DNA from: Podarcis melisellensis
Lineage: Eukaryota
Length of the DNA: 64,000 nucleotides
Strand: one strand, 5' to 3'
NCBI GenBank assembly: GCA_964234715.1
Contig: OZ174278.1
The notes below the pieces were generated by a model. It was not told the DNA's origin. It saw only the letters and a list, made by a program, of their open reading frames with translations, and made no database searches. Shown one piece after another: positions 25,223 through 38,320 of this stretch. Numbering within the stretch: the first letter of the stretch is position 1; the number at the start of each line of letters is the position of its first letter. A program made the translations under genes and the position numbers.

Positions 25223-28200
25223 AAATTACTAATCAAGTAGCGACAAGGTAGAACAGACAATTTTGTTCGTTTGTTTGTTCTTCTCCCCTCCTTTTATTTA
25301 CTCCTATAGTGCAATCCTATAAATGAAGTACTCCAGATGTTTTGGGCCACAAATCCTGACTGAGCCAATGGGATCTGCAGCCCAATACATCTGGAGGGTA
25401 CCAGGATGGCAAAAACTGGTCTGTTCAAAGTTGAGCCCCACTGAATTCAACTAAGTGAGCACAGGGTTACAGACTGTCTTTTTATGTAAATATATAAACC
25501 AAATATTTACACACTACAAACACACATTCTGTTTTATATACCTTTTTGGTGCTGAATAACTTGTAAATATTTTATATGATTCATGCTCTGGTTATTAGTC
25601 ACCAGTAATTTTTTATTAACATATTTTAAACTTTCAAAAACATTTCAAGGCTCATATTATGCAATTACATTGATTTTAAATACTTCCATTTTTTAATGTT
25701 ATGCTTGTGGGTGCTTTGTTCAAACTGGGTTAGTGGGTACTTTTATATTAAGTATCCTGAAATATAATTTGTTATCTTGTAGCGCCTCTGAAGAAGGCGT
25801 CTTGCTAAAACACGTTGCACTAAATGCTTTCCATTTCTATTATCATGTCAAGGCTTTGCCAACTTTTGTTCAGAAAGACTTAACATATTTACTGTGACAT
25901 TAGCTTTCATGGGGTGAAAATGCATTTGTCGGGCTACTTGGTGCATCTGACCCATGGAAGATTATGCCAAAACAGACTTACACTCTATGCAAGCAAAGAA
26001 GTATAACTAGAGTAACCAGGGAACATATTAGCAACATTCAAAACGTAAGTCCCCTCCTAGGTGAATTACATTTTCAATAACATTCTGGGGCTGGGACTCT
26101 GCAAGTAGAGACCAGCATCCAACGAATATATGGAAGATAGAAGAGAAGTTTATATTTGCCTAAATTTGTATACAAAATGCCTGCATGCAACCCCAAGGGG
26201 TTTTGCTTCCCTCACTCCTTGCAGGTGTTTGGCTCCTTCCTTGTTCTCTTAAAAGTACTAAGAGAGATGTTTCTTAATACGTATCACATTCCTGTCTCTT
26301 GTAGTGATTATGAATTCTTAGCCCTACCCAATTAGGAACCATTAAAAAACAACAACCTGGTACCTGTCTTTCATCTTTGGAGAACCCAACACCTGCAAGG
26401 TGAGGAGGGAGGGAGAAGAAAAACCAAGTGCCCTCTTTACTTCTCCCCTCAGTCTCTTCTTCCTTCATATCTTTGTAAAGGAACTGCAAAGGGAAGCTAC
26501 CTCCTCTATTTCCTGCATCTTGCATCCAGTAAATTTCAGGTTGTGTGGCTGATAGGACCCCTCTGGGAAGGCTTGTCCATTGTGGCTTTACTGTGAATAC
26601 TGTGGCTTTACTTTAAAAAAAAAAAAAAAAAGGCGATCCAAATTCTAATAACCTGCATTCGGCAAATCAATAGGTATTACATACCTATAACTCCTCACAT
26701 GAACTGAATCGGATTTAAAAGGTCAGAAATCTAACATGATAAACTGATATATTCTTAATGTAGCACTAAGTTATTTATGATTCATTATTAGGGTGACTAT
26801 AGTAGGAGCTATGCAAGTCTGTATCATCACATATTTATTTACTGTATGTTTACAAAAAATACAAGAACACCACATTTAGCACCGGGAACAGAATATCATC
26901 ATCATCATCATCATTATCCTTCCTCCCAAATGAGCCATAGGCAGCAGGGAACAAGCAATAAAAACAATCCAAAATTTTGAAAAATGTTTTAGACAAACCA
27001 AATATCCACACAGCTAAAAATTCTGTTTTCATGCATGTTGTTAGGAACCTTGAAATTTCCATTATGGGATGTAAAGTTTTTCTTCCTCCACAAAATGTTT
27101 TTACACACACACACACACGGATTTTCATTATGAAAGAACCATTGGCAAATTATTCACTGAAGAATTGTATTACTTGAGAAATACAAAGATTCCTTCTTTC
27201 ATCTCACTGAAATAATTTTTTTGTTTGTATCATTATACTGCATGTTTAACACTTTTTAACGTCTGTAGACTTATGTATCATAACTTACGATGTAAGTATC
27301 ATAACTTGGAAACACTGTTGTTTTTTAATCCTCCATTTTAAAAAGCTACTCAATGAGAGTTCTGAAATGAAGTTGTGTAAATATTCAATGACTGAGACAG
27401 GGAGTCATCAGGGTATGAGAAGGAGGAGCTGAAGGGGGCAAGGTTCTGTGCCAATAACTTAATCATAACCACGTGAGTAATTCAGGTTTAGGGATGCTCT
27501 CCCCCCCCCCCTTTTAAGGGTATGAATCAAGTTAAGTTTGTTTTGCTGTGGGTGAAGGAAAGGAGAATATAATACTATGAATCAGAAAGATGATCAAATA
27601 TGTGGCAAAGACAGCTCAATTATAGTTGCTGCCTTTCCTCTCAAACTGTCTATCCTAAGAAGTCAGAATTTTGCTTATCAACAGAAAAGATAGTTTTCAG
27701 TTTCCAAGATTCCCTATAACAGGAATGGACAGATCAGAATTTACTGGTCTTTGGTTGATTTGTAGCAGATTGACAAGGTTCTCTGGCTTCCAGCTGTTCA
27801 ACAAAACAACAATAATATGACTTTTCCCACTTAAATCAGACTGCTGAAATGAATTGACTTTTCAGGAATTGACTTTTGTGTGAAAGAACTGTGAGCTCAG
27901 TTTAAGCCCCCTACTGAAAACAGAACATGCTCAGAGGCACTCTTGTTTTTTAATTCTAACCGTATACCTTATGCACCTGATTCTCGTTGGTAGATCTATC
28001 AAGACTGAAGTTTGCCCACCCCTTTTATATTCTCCTCCTCCTCTTATTGAACGTTATCACTAATACATTTTAGCTTCCAGAATATCTTACTGTACTGGGA
28101 TGCCCTTCTGCCTGGTCGCTGTGGTAATGAAGAGTAAATTATAGGGCTGAATGTCATTTTGCCTACAGCAGTTTGAAATTTGTCCAGCTCTGAAATGGAT

Positions 28201-29064
28201 TTTAAAGTCAAACTACGGCAAGTACAGATTTTGCAATGCTTACCGGAATGAAATTATCATTCTATCAATGATCTTTTAAAATGATGTACACACAAAATAA
28301 AACATTCACTTTGACTTGTCCCCCCCCCCCCAGTTGATTATTGGGACTTTTGTGGTTTGTTATAAAACAGCTTTTAATAGTCTGAAAGGATAACAACTTG
28401 TTTTTCATTTGTAATGCAATTAAAATTGTATGCTTCAAAAGGAGAAACAATTATTTCTTTAGTAGCAGTGGGGAACTCATTCTCATAAAACTCACCGAAA
28501 CTGAAAGACCTGCGAAAGCACAGGGTCACCTCACATCTGTACCTCACAGAAAAACTTCCAGAATCCAAACCACAGTAAATTACACTGAATAGAACCAATA
28601 CAACAAATAGTGCAGGAAGAGGGGATCTTGCCAAAACAATACTTGGCACAATCCAACCCAAGTTCAGTATATTGATGTCTCCTTGATTTTACTGGGATGG
28701 CTGAGCACATGCTTAAAATCTCTCCCACTGGGGTGAAAAAGTCCTGAAATACCGGTTGGAATGTGCTCAGACCAAATGAGACACTGCAATAGCAAACATA
28801 CAGAGAGAGAGAGAGAAGAAATGGCAGCAATGCCCAAATCCACCCCACCCCTAAATGCGAAGCTCCACTTGGGTTGGTCCTAATCTGTCAGTCTAACTGA
28901 CCCCATAGGTTTGTTATGAGGGGAAGCCATATGAGGAAGGGCATGATAAAAACACACGCGCGATAAAACAGAAATTTAGACACCAGTAATGAACAATTTG
29001 GTACTCTGCAAGCATCAAAAACAAACCCAAAGAGTTCACACAGAAGCAGATAAACACAGAAACA

Positions 29065-29215
29065 GCAGAAGCTGCCTTATATGGAGTAAGATCTAGCTCA
29101 GTACTGTCTACACTGACTGGCAGAAACTCTCCAGGATTTCAGACAAGCTTTTCCCCTGCCCAATTTGAGATGCCAGGGATTTGCAGGTGAAGCAGACACT
29201 TTACCACTGACCTTA
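29065..29215 (-). mobile_element. Squam3-like tRNA-derived SINE
   Basis: gaagctgccttatat...tctagctcagtactgtctacactgactggcag...ctctccagg is similar to the copies at 31014 and 61135. Confidence 0.7.
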
Positions 29216-29897
29216 TAGACTGGCAGTGCTATGCCAGCAACAGCCACCATCACTAGATGTAGAATTACAACGCAGGGGCATCTCTTGGCACTACAAACTA
29301 CTTATTCACAATGTGTGCTAAGAACAGTCCCCCCCCCCCGCCCAACAGAGAATAAATTATTAGGTACCTAACTAAGCATTGGCAGACACACTTTTCATAA
29401 TGGAATTGTACCTGGTAGAGAGGTCATGGACATAGTGGTGCCATGGTGTCTGTGATGGCTTGCTTCCCCCCCCCCCCGCCCTCCCCACCTAGCTCTCCTT
29501 GATAGAGAGAAAGAGAAAGAGAGGCAAAAAAAAAAAAAAGCAGCCAGCAATCCTTTCTGTATTTACTTAGGTGGGTGAATGAAGTAGGGTTTAATGAACT
29601 CAAATTCTGTCCTCCACCCCCAACCCATCCACTCTCCCCTGCCCCCCACCCCACCTCCAGCTAGAAAGAGAAGGAGAGCGAATGCAATCAGACAGCCTTT
29701 CAGGATCCCAGTGAGGGACAATATATAGGATTTTCCAGATTCATCTCTCTCTTGAGGTGGGGGAGAAGGAACAGAGTGAGTATATGACTTCTTACATTGA
29801 GTGGTCTTTTGCAAACATAAGTTAAGGAAGGGTAGAGAATATCTTTTCACCCTTCAAAAACATGTTTATAGGTGGACAGCCTAATCCAGTTAGTGAT

Positions 29898-29899
29898 GA

Positions 29900-29974
<75 letters not shown>
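29898..29974. repeat. (GAAA)n microsatellite
   Basis: Directly visible. Confidence 0.97.
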
Positions 29975-30464
29975 CTCTTTTCCTTGCCTGTCTTCCCGTC
30001 TCTAGTAATATGGGCGAGTTCAATACTCATATGACTTTTTCTGCATGCTGATGTGATGCACTTTATATTCTTGAGTGGTTACAGAGGACATTTACTTACA
30101 GAAAGGCATACACCTCACACAACAGCTCTACTTAAAAGTAATGCCCTCAGTTTATAAAACAAGTCAACACAGAAACAGAAAACCCTTATTTTTGTTTATG
30201 CCACCCAGTCTGAATCTGTGGCTTTGCATGGAGGCATTGGGCAAAAGTCAGACCACAACTATGCAGTACCACTGTGAGTAGAGAGAAAAAAAGATAATGT
30301 TTGTATTTTGTTTATGTAGTGTGCTAACCATCACAAAGCTTTTAGCAAGGATATCAAAACTAAAACTGAAAAAAGTCTAAATTTCTTGAACTAGTTAATC
30401 AGTTATCACTTAAAAGAATATCTCTTAGAAAAATAAACACAGTTCACAGCTATTAATCCTATGT

Positions 30465-30466
<2 letters not shown>

Positions 30467-30506
<40 letters not shown>
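30467..30506. repeat. (GT)n microsatellite
   Basis: Directly visible. Confidence 0.97.
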
Positions 30507-30511
<5 letters not shown>

Positions 30512-31013
30512 ATTCAAGGAAAGCTCTGTGGGACACACATGAACACCACAAGCCCTATTTGGGTGTTCAGTTCCTCAATGTGATTAAAATCATGTGAGGG
30601 AGAGCAGCAACCTTGGCTAGCCCTGCCACCTCTGCAGTGCCCCTGTCCCATCTCTGCTGCTTCCGACGTCTTACAGGGCTCATGCCTGCAATAGGGTACA
30701 TGTGAAAGCTTCCCACTCAACATAAAGCTATACATAATCAGGGATCTGAATCATCTGTGCAGCCTTTATAAGCAGGTTCTAAAAAGAATTGTACAGAACT
30801 GTCTTGTACAGCAATGAGATGATTCTTTTTCAAAGAAGTGAAAATATTCAGACGGCTGTATTGACGATAGTGGTCTAGATGCCACTAGATGAAACTGTAA
30901 GACTGCCAACTTTCTATTGTACTGCAGGAACTTATTTTCACTGCATATTTTGGAGAGCAACTCAGACCTAAACTATATGCGGCATGCAGTCACGTGTATC
31001 TTTCTGTTTATGG

Positions 31014-31180
31014 GGGAAAACCATGACTCAGTGGTAGAGCATGTACTTTGCGTTCAAAAAGGGCCCAGATTCAATCCTTCCAGGGAGGCCTAGGAAGGAC
31101 CCCTTTCTGAAACCCTGGAGAGGTGCTGACAGTGACAACACTGAGCAGAGCTGATGGACTCATGGTCTGGCTTGGTCTAC
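31014..31180 (+). mobile_element. Squam3-like tRNA-derived SINE
   Basis: A-box ctcagtggtagagca, B-box-like gattcaatcc, and body gaaaccctggagagg...actgagc...gatggac. Confidence 0.7.
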
Positions 31181-32699
31181 ACCAGTAACCGGTGATTCTT
31201 CTGACACCTTTTAAAACTGTCACACGCTACCTCTTACTCTTTTCCACCTGTATGAAAATAAGACATCTTTTCATCTACAATGAAAAAACAGCAGCTGGGG
31301 GAGGCAATTTTGAGGAGAAAGACTGATGAAGTTACTCTACCATTCCCTTCTATCCCTCTTCTTAAGCACTTTGTATTCTGACTTTGTTGTTTGTTTTTTA
31401 ATGAACACAGGATAAAGATTTACATAACTGTGGTCATGCCTAATTTGGACCCCCACACTGAACTATGACTGACACATGTTGCATTACACTACATCAGGCT
31501 GATGGGCTAGCATTTCCATGTATTTTGTGCAGCAGATATACCAAAGATCACCACCTTTTCCCCAAGCAGGGCCTGACAACAGAAATGACACAGGTGATGC
31601 TTTTTTATGGCATGAAGATAATATTATGAAGAAGTTTTCGCCTGCTCAATTTCTGCTTTTAAATGTTATTAAAAGGTGTGGGAAGTGATCCCAGCACTGC
31701 CGCACAGTGAGTCATGGAGCAAGGTTCACTTCCTCTCCCCTTCTTTCCTCAGAGGATGCTCTGCACAGGTAAGTTACCCTGCCTCCAGTTGCCAGTGATG
31801 TTGCTCAGATGCAGGGAAACGCACCACATGATGGTGTCATAATGCAGCTGGGGATGGATGGGAAAGTTATCACTTCATGCAATGCTGAAGTAGCATATGG
31901 GCCATAGAGAAAGAGAAAGAAGATGGCACTGCAAGAGTTAATAAGGCTAAAAAGACTATAAACTGTCCGAGATGCCAGTTATAGGAATTTAAGTGCACTG
32001 TACACTGCTGCCTTATGCTACACGAGTATGCTCACACCGTTTAATAGTACATTTATTTTACATGCGAGAAAAACAGAAATGTTGTAGAATGTGTGTAACA
32101 TGGCACTAAACTCTCATTTGGTATCTAAAACATTCACAAAAACAATATACCGACATGTCGAATGTGCAGCTTTTCTGTAACCAATATAAGCAAATAGTAA
32201 CAGTGTGAATTATGACATACTTTCATTTCTTTCAGACTTGAAAAAGAATCCCACCTGGCTTAGAATTTTAACATTTGTTATAATCAAGGATATGAGATTG
32301 TATCATTCAGAACCCAAGAAAAAATAATTTATGCAACAACAACAAAATTGCACAGGTATTTAAGTCCTGTGGCAACTGTTACATTGCAGAAAAATGCAAA
32401 AATAGAAGGAAAGGTTAGAGAATATAACAGCTTTCCTGCCTTTCCCATACAACAATCTTCGTGTATATACTTACATTAAATTCAGATACCAGATCCACAC
32501 GAGGCTCTCCTCTAACCATTATTTAGATTAGCACCTAAACCATGATCTGAAGCTTACAAATTTAAAAGAGTCAAGCTAATGCATACTTTGAACAAAGATG
32601 AAAGAGCATGACTTTATCTACTACTTCATATTGCTGGATAGTTATGATCAGTTAATATGTGAGGGGAGAGGCATCCACATGGTCTGATTAGTACCAAGG

Positions 32700-33420
32700 T
32701 CATCAACATTTGCCATCCGTTTCCTCCCCCTTTTCCTGAACCTTTTAGATATTTCTATAACACAAGAATGTCTAAATTTGGGTTCCATTACTTCCAAGTT
32801 AGTATGAATAGAATATTCAACTGCTTGAATTTTTAACAGGAACTTTGACATATAAATTTAGAGCTCCAAACCCCCACAAAAACCCACAACTCACTGTCTG
32901 GTAACCATATAGCTTAAGGGAAATTATTTTCCTATGAAGCTCAAAAGTGAGATCTAATATCCTAATATTGAGTGGCAAGCTGATAAGAAATACTGGGTGT
33001 GACTGGGCAGAGCCAAATGTAAACGAGTGAACAATTATGGTAGGGCATATTCTAAGAATAGGGGTGATATAAGTGTAAGGAAATTGGAAAGAAGTGCATG
33101 AGGAAGACTTAATTATATAAATTGAGTTAAAAGGAGTGTTGGGACACCCATAAACCTGAAAAGATTCATAAAAGACAGAAAAGTTTAGAGAGTTAGCAAA
33201 GATCAGTCTACAGACTGAAACATATAAGAAAATCAAACTCTTGACAGTCTTATTATGCCTTTAAATGGAGAAATGTTATGTGCTTAGGAGGGGGAGAAGC
33301 ACTAGTACAGACAAGCTGTTCACTATTTTAGAGCCAAAAATTTGGGAATTATATATGACACAGATTACCCATTCAAAGCTACACCAGACTTAAGAGTTAC
33401 AACAACAAAATACATTTTGA
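32700..33420 (+). mobile_element. Possible decayed L1/Tx1-like LINE fragment
   Basis: A/G-rich block with L1-like compositional bias and no intact motif. Confidence 0.25.
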
Positions 33421-35363
33421 AAGCCTTTTTTAAAGAGAAATATTAATGTCATACCATCCAAAGGGGGGGGAATGCATTTGAAAAGTATTCATTTGCAAAT
33501 ATGAAGAGCTTGGAGCAAAATGGATGATTGCTTTTGTAATTCTGGAGACGAAACCTAAAACACACAACACCAATCATTTATTTCTGTGTTGTGTGCACGC
33601 ACATGTGTGTACTGTTACAATGTCTGGCTTGCTATAGGTTTAAACTTACTACAATCTCTCTAAAACTCCCTGCAAGCTAATTTATAACCTGCCATCTTCA
33701 CAACTACTGTGTGAGGAATGCTTTTTCTAACTGGTATTTAATACTGGGGTTTTAAATATAACCTCAACACCCTCTAGACTAGAGCAGGGGAAGGGAGGGG
33801 TGGGAAACAGAAGCTAACTGGCCCTAATAAAATGCAGCCTGTTTCTTTAAGGAAAAGTGTCACAGGAAAAGCACAAGAAATGCTACAATCTCCACCCACT
33901 GTCATATAAGAACGGCTGCCTACACACACCCTGCATCCTGAAACCCACCCTCCTTTATAAACCCAGTGCATTAGGTGATGGAAATTCAGGATATGCAACC
34001 GCAGTACCTCCTAAGTCATCTCTAGAAAGGCTAACACACGGCATTTTTGTGACCTCTGCCCACTTGATCATGCTTCCCTCTTATATCCTGTGAGTGGGCT
34101 GTCTAATCGAGTCAGTGCTTCCCACAGCTCTTGCAGACTGCAGCAGCCGCCCTTCTCCTGGAAATAACAAGCCCTGGTCTTTTAAACATTCCATTCTTCT
34201 CTAACACCAACAATGTTTCCTGCTCCCCTTCCCTTCCAAACACCAGGTCTTTCAATACCAGGCTGCCAACTCCTGACACCTTTCTTTAGCTATTTAGTGT
34301 TTTTAAAACTGTATGCTTGGGGTCTCAAGTAGTTCTTTACACCTTCTCAGTTCTGAACTGCAGCTACAGAAAATGTATTTTACTTATACCCCTGAAGTTC
34401 TCTGTTAAAAAATTAATACACTTAACAGTAATAATGATTAGGTAAGTGTGCAATGGTGACTGATTAGACTACTGTTAGGCCCTTGCTATATTTATCATTA
34501 CCTCCCTTGCTTCTCCTTTCCCTCATTTTCAACTCCCTTGTTATTGTACTATTCCTTGTGTTATTTAAATTGTATGTAAAACAATAACAATAATGGTTTT
34601 GTAATGTTTTTACAGGGGGGGGGGGAATCAGCAAGGCTTTCCCTGCACTACTGTTTTTAGACTAATACCAGCAGTGTTTCATGGCATCAAATGACTATTG
34701 GGATATTCCCAAAGGAGTACCAATAAGAAAGAAAACAAATGACACTTTAGCAAGAGGTAACAGTCAGTTTCTCATATGTTAATGGCAGATCCACACAATA
34801 CAGTTAAAACACATTCAATGCACATGAGCACCTCAAAGAATCCTTGGAACTGCATTTCCCCCCTCACAGGGCTATATATCCCAGCACTTCCAAAGATTTT
34901 TGGGGGGAATTAACATGCTTTAAATATGTATTTAATGTGCTTCAAATGTATTGTGTTGATCTGCTCTCAATTCATGCTGGTAAACAGCTACCCATTTTGC
35001 AAAGGTTTCAAGTTATAGGTTTTTGTTTTCCCATTTGTAAGAGAGATCAGGGGTATGAGTACAAATCAGTAAAGAAAGCCACTAATATGTCATGTGGCAA
35101 AGTCCATTCGATCTATTATGGTTTACCAGTTCTACAATGTAGATGACACACCACTATATTATAATTACAGTATTAAAATTACAGTGCCTAAAACAGCCTG
35201 GGCAACAACTCCAGCCACAATGAAAAATAAAACTCAGAAGTAAAGTTTCCCCTACTTCATATTTATATTCCCTCTTCATATTTATATTCCATCCAACAAC
35301 TTGTATTACTCTGTAAACTCAGTGACTTATCATTCTCTTGTGTTAAATGTACCAGGCAGTGAG

Positions 35364-35365
<2 letters not shown>

Positions 35366-35413
<48 letters not shown>
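35366..35413. repeat. (TATC)n microsatellite
   Basis: Directly visible. Confidence 0.97.
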
Positions 35414-36204
35414 ATCTATTCATCTATCCATCTGTTAGAATGAAAACTTCTTACCCTGATAGCTACAAAAGGCCAAGCTGACTATAGGATGTCAATAGCA
35501 TCTCTGTGTGGTCTTCAAGTGCTGAATGTGATGCTTACCCCTTACGTTAACACAGTGAGGCGAAGCATTGTGGTGTCTCTTTTGTAGAATAGGAACTGAG
35601 GCTGAACGCTAGCAACACGCCAACAAGGCCAATCAGGTTCAAATTTCAGTTCTGCTATAAACTCACCAACCCCAACATTCTGTCTTCCTATTAAAATTCA
35701 CTTTGAGCAAGTCGGCATAGGCAGCAAAATGTGGTAGTCCTTAATTCATTGAATCACTTCAGATTCCCACTATAGGTTGGGAAAGCACATTTTTGAAAGC
35801 TTTGTTCAAATAAAATACTTCATGGAGGTAGAAAACTAGCTCAGCAGGGAACACGCTGGGGTAGAACCTGTTTCTCTCTGATGTACTAGGCTTTTTGTTT
35901 TTGTTTGAAAGGAATGTTTATCCTTGGGATCATTTTTAAAAAGTAATATATTACCTATAAGTCTGAAGCAGTATGGTCCAGGCTTAAAAACACAGGATTC
36001 TACCACCTAATTTAGTTGCCTGAGTAGACCAGGCATCTGTTTATAATTCATGTAATATGACCATATCTCAGGTCCGTTAAGAATTACTCCAGCTTTTACT
36101 CTAAGCACACACTAGCATTTACTTATTTTTTTATCGTAAATGCACGTTTCTTCTTTGCAATATGAAGTCTTGGACATATTTGTTATTGGAGATTGAAACG
36201 GGAA

Positions 36205-36557
36205 CAGGGAACCTATGGCCTTTTGGACAACAACTGCTGTCATCCCTGACCATTGGCCAGGCTGGCTAGGGTTGGTGGGTGTAGTGTAGTGTAGTGGTTA
36301 AGAGCGGTAGTCTCGTAATCTGGGGAACCGGGTTCGCATCTCTGCTCCTCCACATGCAGCTGCTGGGTGACCTTGGGCCAGTCACACTTCTCTGAAGTCT
36401 CTCAGCCCCACTCACCTCACAGAGTGTTTGTTGTGGGTGAGGAAGGGAAAGGAGAATGTTAGCCGCTTTGAGACTCCTTCGGGTAGTGATAAAGTGGGAT
36501 ATCAAATCCAAACTCTTCTTCTTCAACATCTGGAGGGGAGCGGGTTCCCAATTCCAA
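36205..36557. mobile_element. Hairpin MITE (hAT-like) interrupted by a SINE
   Basis: Left arm gggaacctatggcc...catccctgaccattggcca and right arm aacatctggagggg..ggttccc. A related copy lies at ~25330-25420. Confidence 0.65.
36286..36524 (+). mobile_element. Young lacertid tRNA-derived SINE with (CTT)n tail
   Basis: A-box gtagtggttaagagc, B-box gggttcgcatc, CORE-like ctgggtgaccttgggccagtcac, and tail ccaaactcttcttcttc. CpGs are retained. Confidence 0.85.
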
Positions 36558-36754
36558 GGCTAAAATATAGTCTCAGTGAAATCAATGAGACTAGATGCTT
36601 AGGCATCAGTCAAAAATATTCCTCTTCTCCCAAGGCCTTTGGCTAGTTACTTTGTTACGTATTTTTGTGTTTCTATATTGTGAACCACCCTTTATTCCTC
36701 AGAGAGAGGGTGTCATAGAAATTTAATAAATAAATATATGTGTGCTTATGCTCC

Positions 36755-36850
36755 CAATTGGGGCACAGAACATGCTTTCCAGGTCATGTGGCCAGCATGA
36801 CTAAATCGCTTCTGGTGCAATGGGACACTGTGACAGAAGCCAGAGCACAC
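36755..36850 (-). mobile_element. Sauria SINE internal fragment
   Basis: ggtcatgtggccagcatgactaa is the reverse complement of the sequence inside the 55620 copy. Confidence 0.7.
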
Positions 36851-36895
36851 TGTTACCAACAACTCAACACATTATATATATAATCTTACATGCAT

Positions 36896-36933
<38 letters not shown>

Positions 36934-38306
36934 CCCCAAGTATATATATGATGCATGTAAGATTAGGCCGTATTGCACTTTAAGGAATGCTGTTATGTAG
37001 CACTGTTTTAAAGCATTTTAACCACTGTAACCTGTGCCAAATAGCAGACTGCTTCAGTTTGTGTTATAAATAAGGACACTCTATAGAAAACCTTTCTTGT
37101 CTGGAGTAATCCAGCGGCAACAATCCAGAGGAAGGAACAGTAAATTAAACCTCTCTCCACATTCCTATACACATACATTCAGATTATGTAACTGATGGGC
37201 AGATTGTGTGTTACAATATGATGCCTGTTGTGGCAGGAACCAGACTTTTGATTCTGAATACCTGGTTGTCACAGGCAATGATTTAATGCAAGAAAACATC
37301 ACTAGTTCACTAGCTTGTCTGAGAGTCTAGTATAATATATGGCAGGCTCTGCCCTGTGGTTTTCTTGGGGTTCTTTTGTTAGTTTGGCTATTCTTTGGCT
37401 ATTAATTGCACAAATATTTTGCATCTTAGGTAACCATATTTCCTTTCTTCATATGGAGCTTGGAATCATTCCTGAAAAGGTGGTAATAAACATCAGCTTG
37501 CAACTATTCAGGATGTTATACATGCATACTATTCCTGTACGTTCCCCAAGAGCTTTTTAAACAGAAGGAAGAAGTCTCCAACATCAGTAAGTAAAGACAC
37601 ACATTAGTTGTTCCCTTGGCTCATGATTTGCTACCAAAGAATGTATAAGCACTTCCCACATCAACTCCAGAAGGCACAGAAACACACAATCAAATCCTAA
37701 GGAGATCCTGGAAAGATTAGCATTTCTGAGAGGTGTAGAAAGTTCTAAGCAATGTATGAAATTTTACTCTGCTGTAAGTGAATGCCTAAAAACATCCCAT
37801 GAAGTCAGGATAGCATGAGAGTCTTACACTTATAACATCTACATCTTAATACATAGGTGTGTACATTTGTTTTCCAAAAAGAATATGGTAGGAATCCCTG
37901 AGCAGTTTCTTTTCAACAATCTCTTTCATATTCTACCTTCCAGTTTGCATAGAACTATGTGGCACTTTTCAAGCCCCAAAACAGCATTAATTGAATTTTA
38001 AATGTTTTGTTTATGCTCTTCCTCCCCATATTCTTCCCTTTTTCTACTGTTTATCCCTCTTCTCACTAAAGCTGACTTAAATGCCTGTTTTAAATTCTTT
38101 GTTTTTTCAGTTAAAAGCACACTACTCATGCTTTAAAAATGAACACTTTCACACTTTCAATTAGCATGTATAAATTATGTTATGTACAATGCTTTCGGTT
38201 GAAAAAAATGTTTTAAGTGTTTTAAAAGCTTCCCATATAAACAGTAAAACGGCAAATCTTAATCAATGTTTATTAAATACCAAAACCTTACAGTACACCA
38301 AGTACA

Positions 38307-38320
38307 CCACTAGATGGCAC
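38307..38320 (+). promoter_or_regulatory. CTCF-binding motif
   Basis: CCACTAGATGGCAC matches the CCASYAGRKGGCRS core. A second, weaker same-orientation site CCACCAGATGGTGA lies at 39588-39601. Confidence 0.55.

Noticed and set aside
29075-29084. CArG box CCTTATATGG (also isolated CArG matches at 11768, ~27510 and 31439)
   Set aside because: These lie inside a SINE or are isolated. CC(A/T)6GG is frequent in AT-rich DNA.
36286-36350. tRNA-like A/B boxes (also at 31024 and 55620) as tRNA genes
   Set aside because: They form no complete cloverleaf and continue into SINE bodies and tails.
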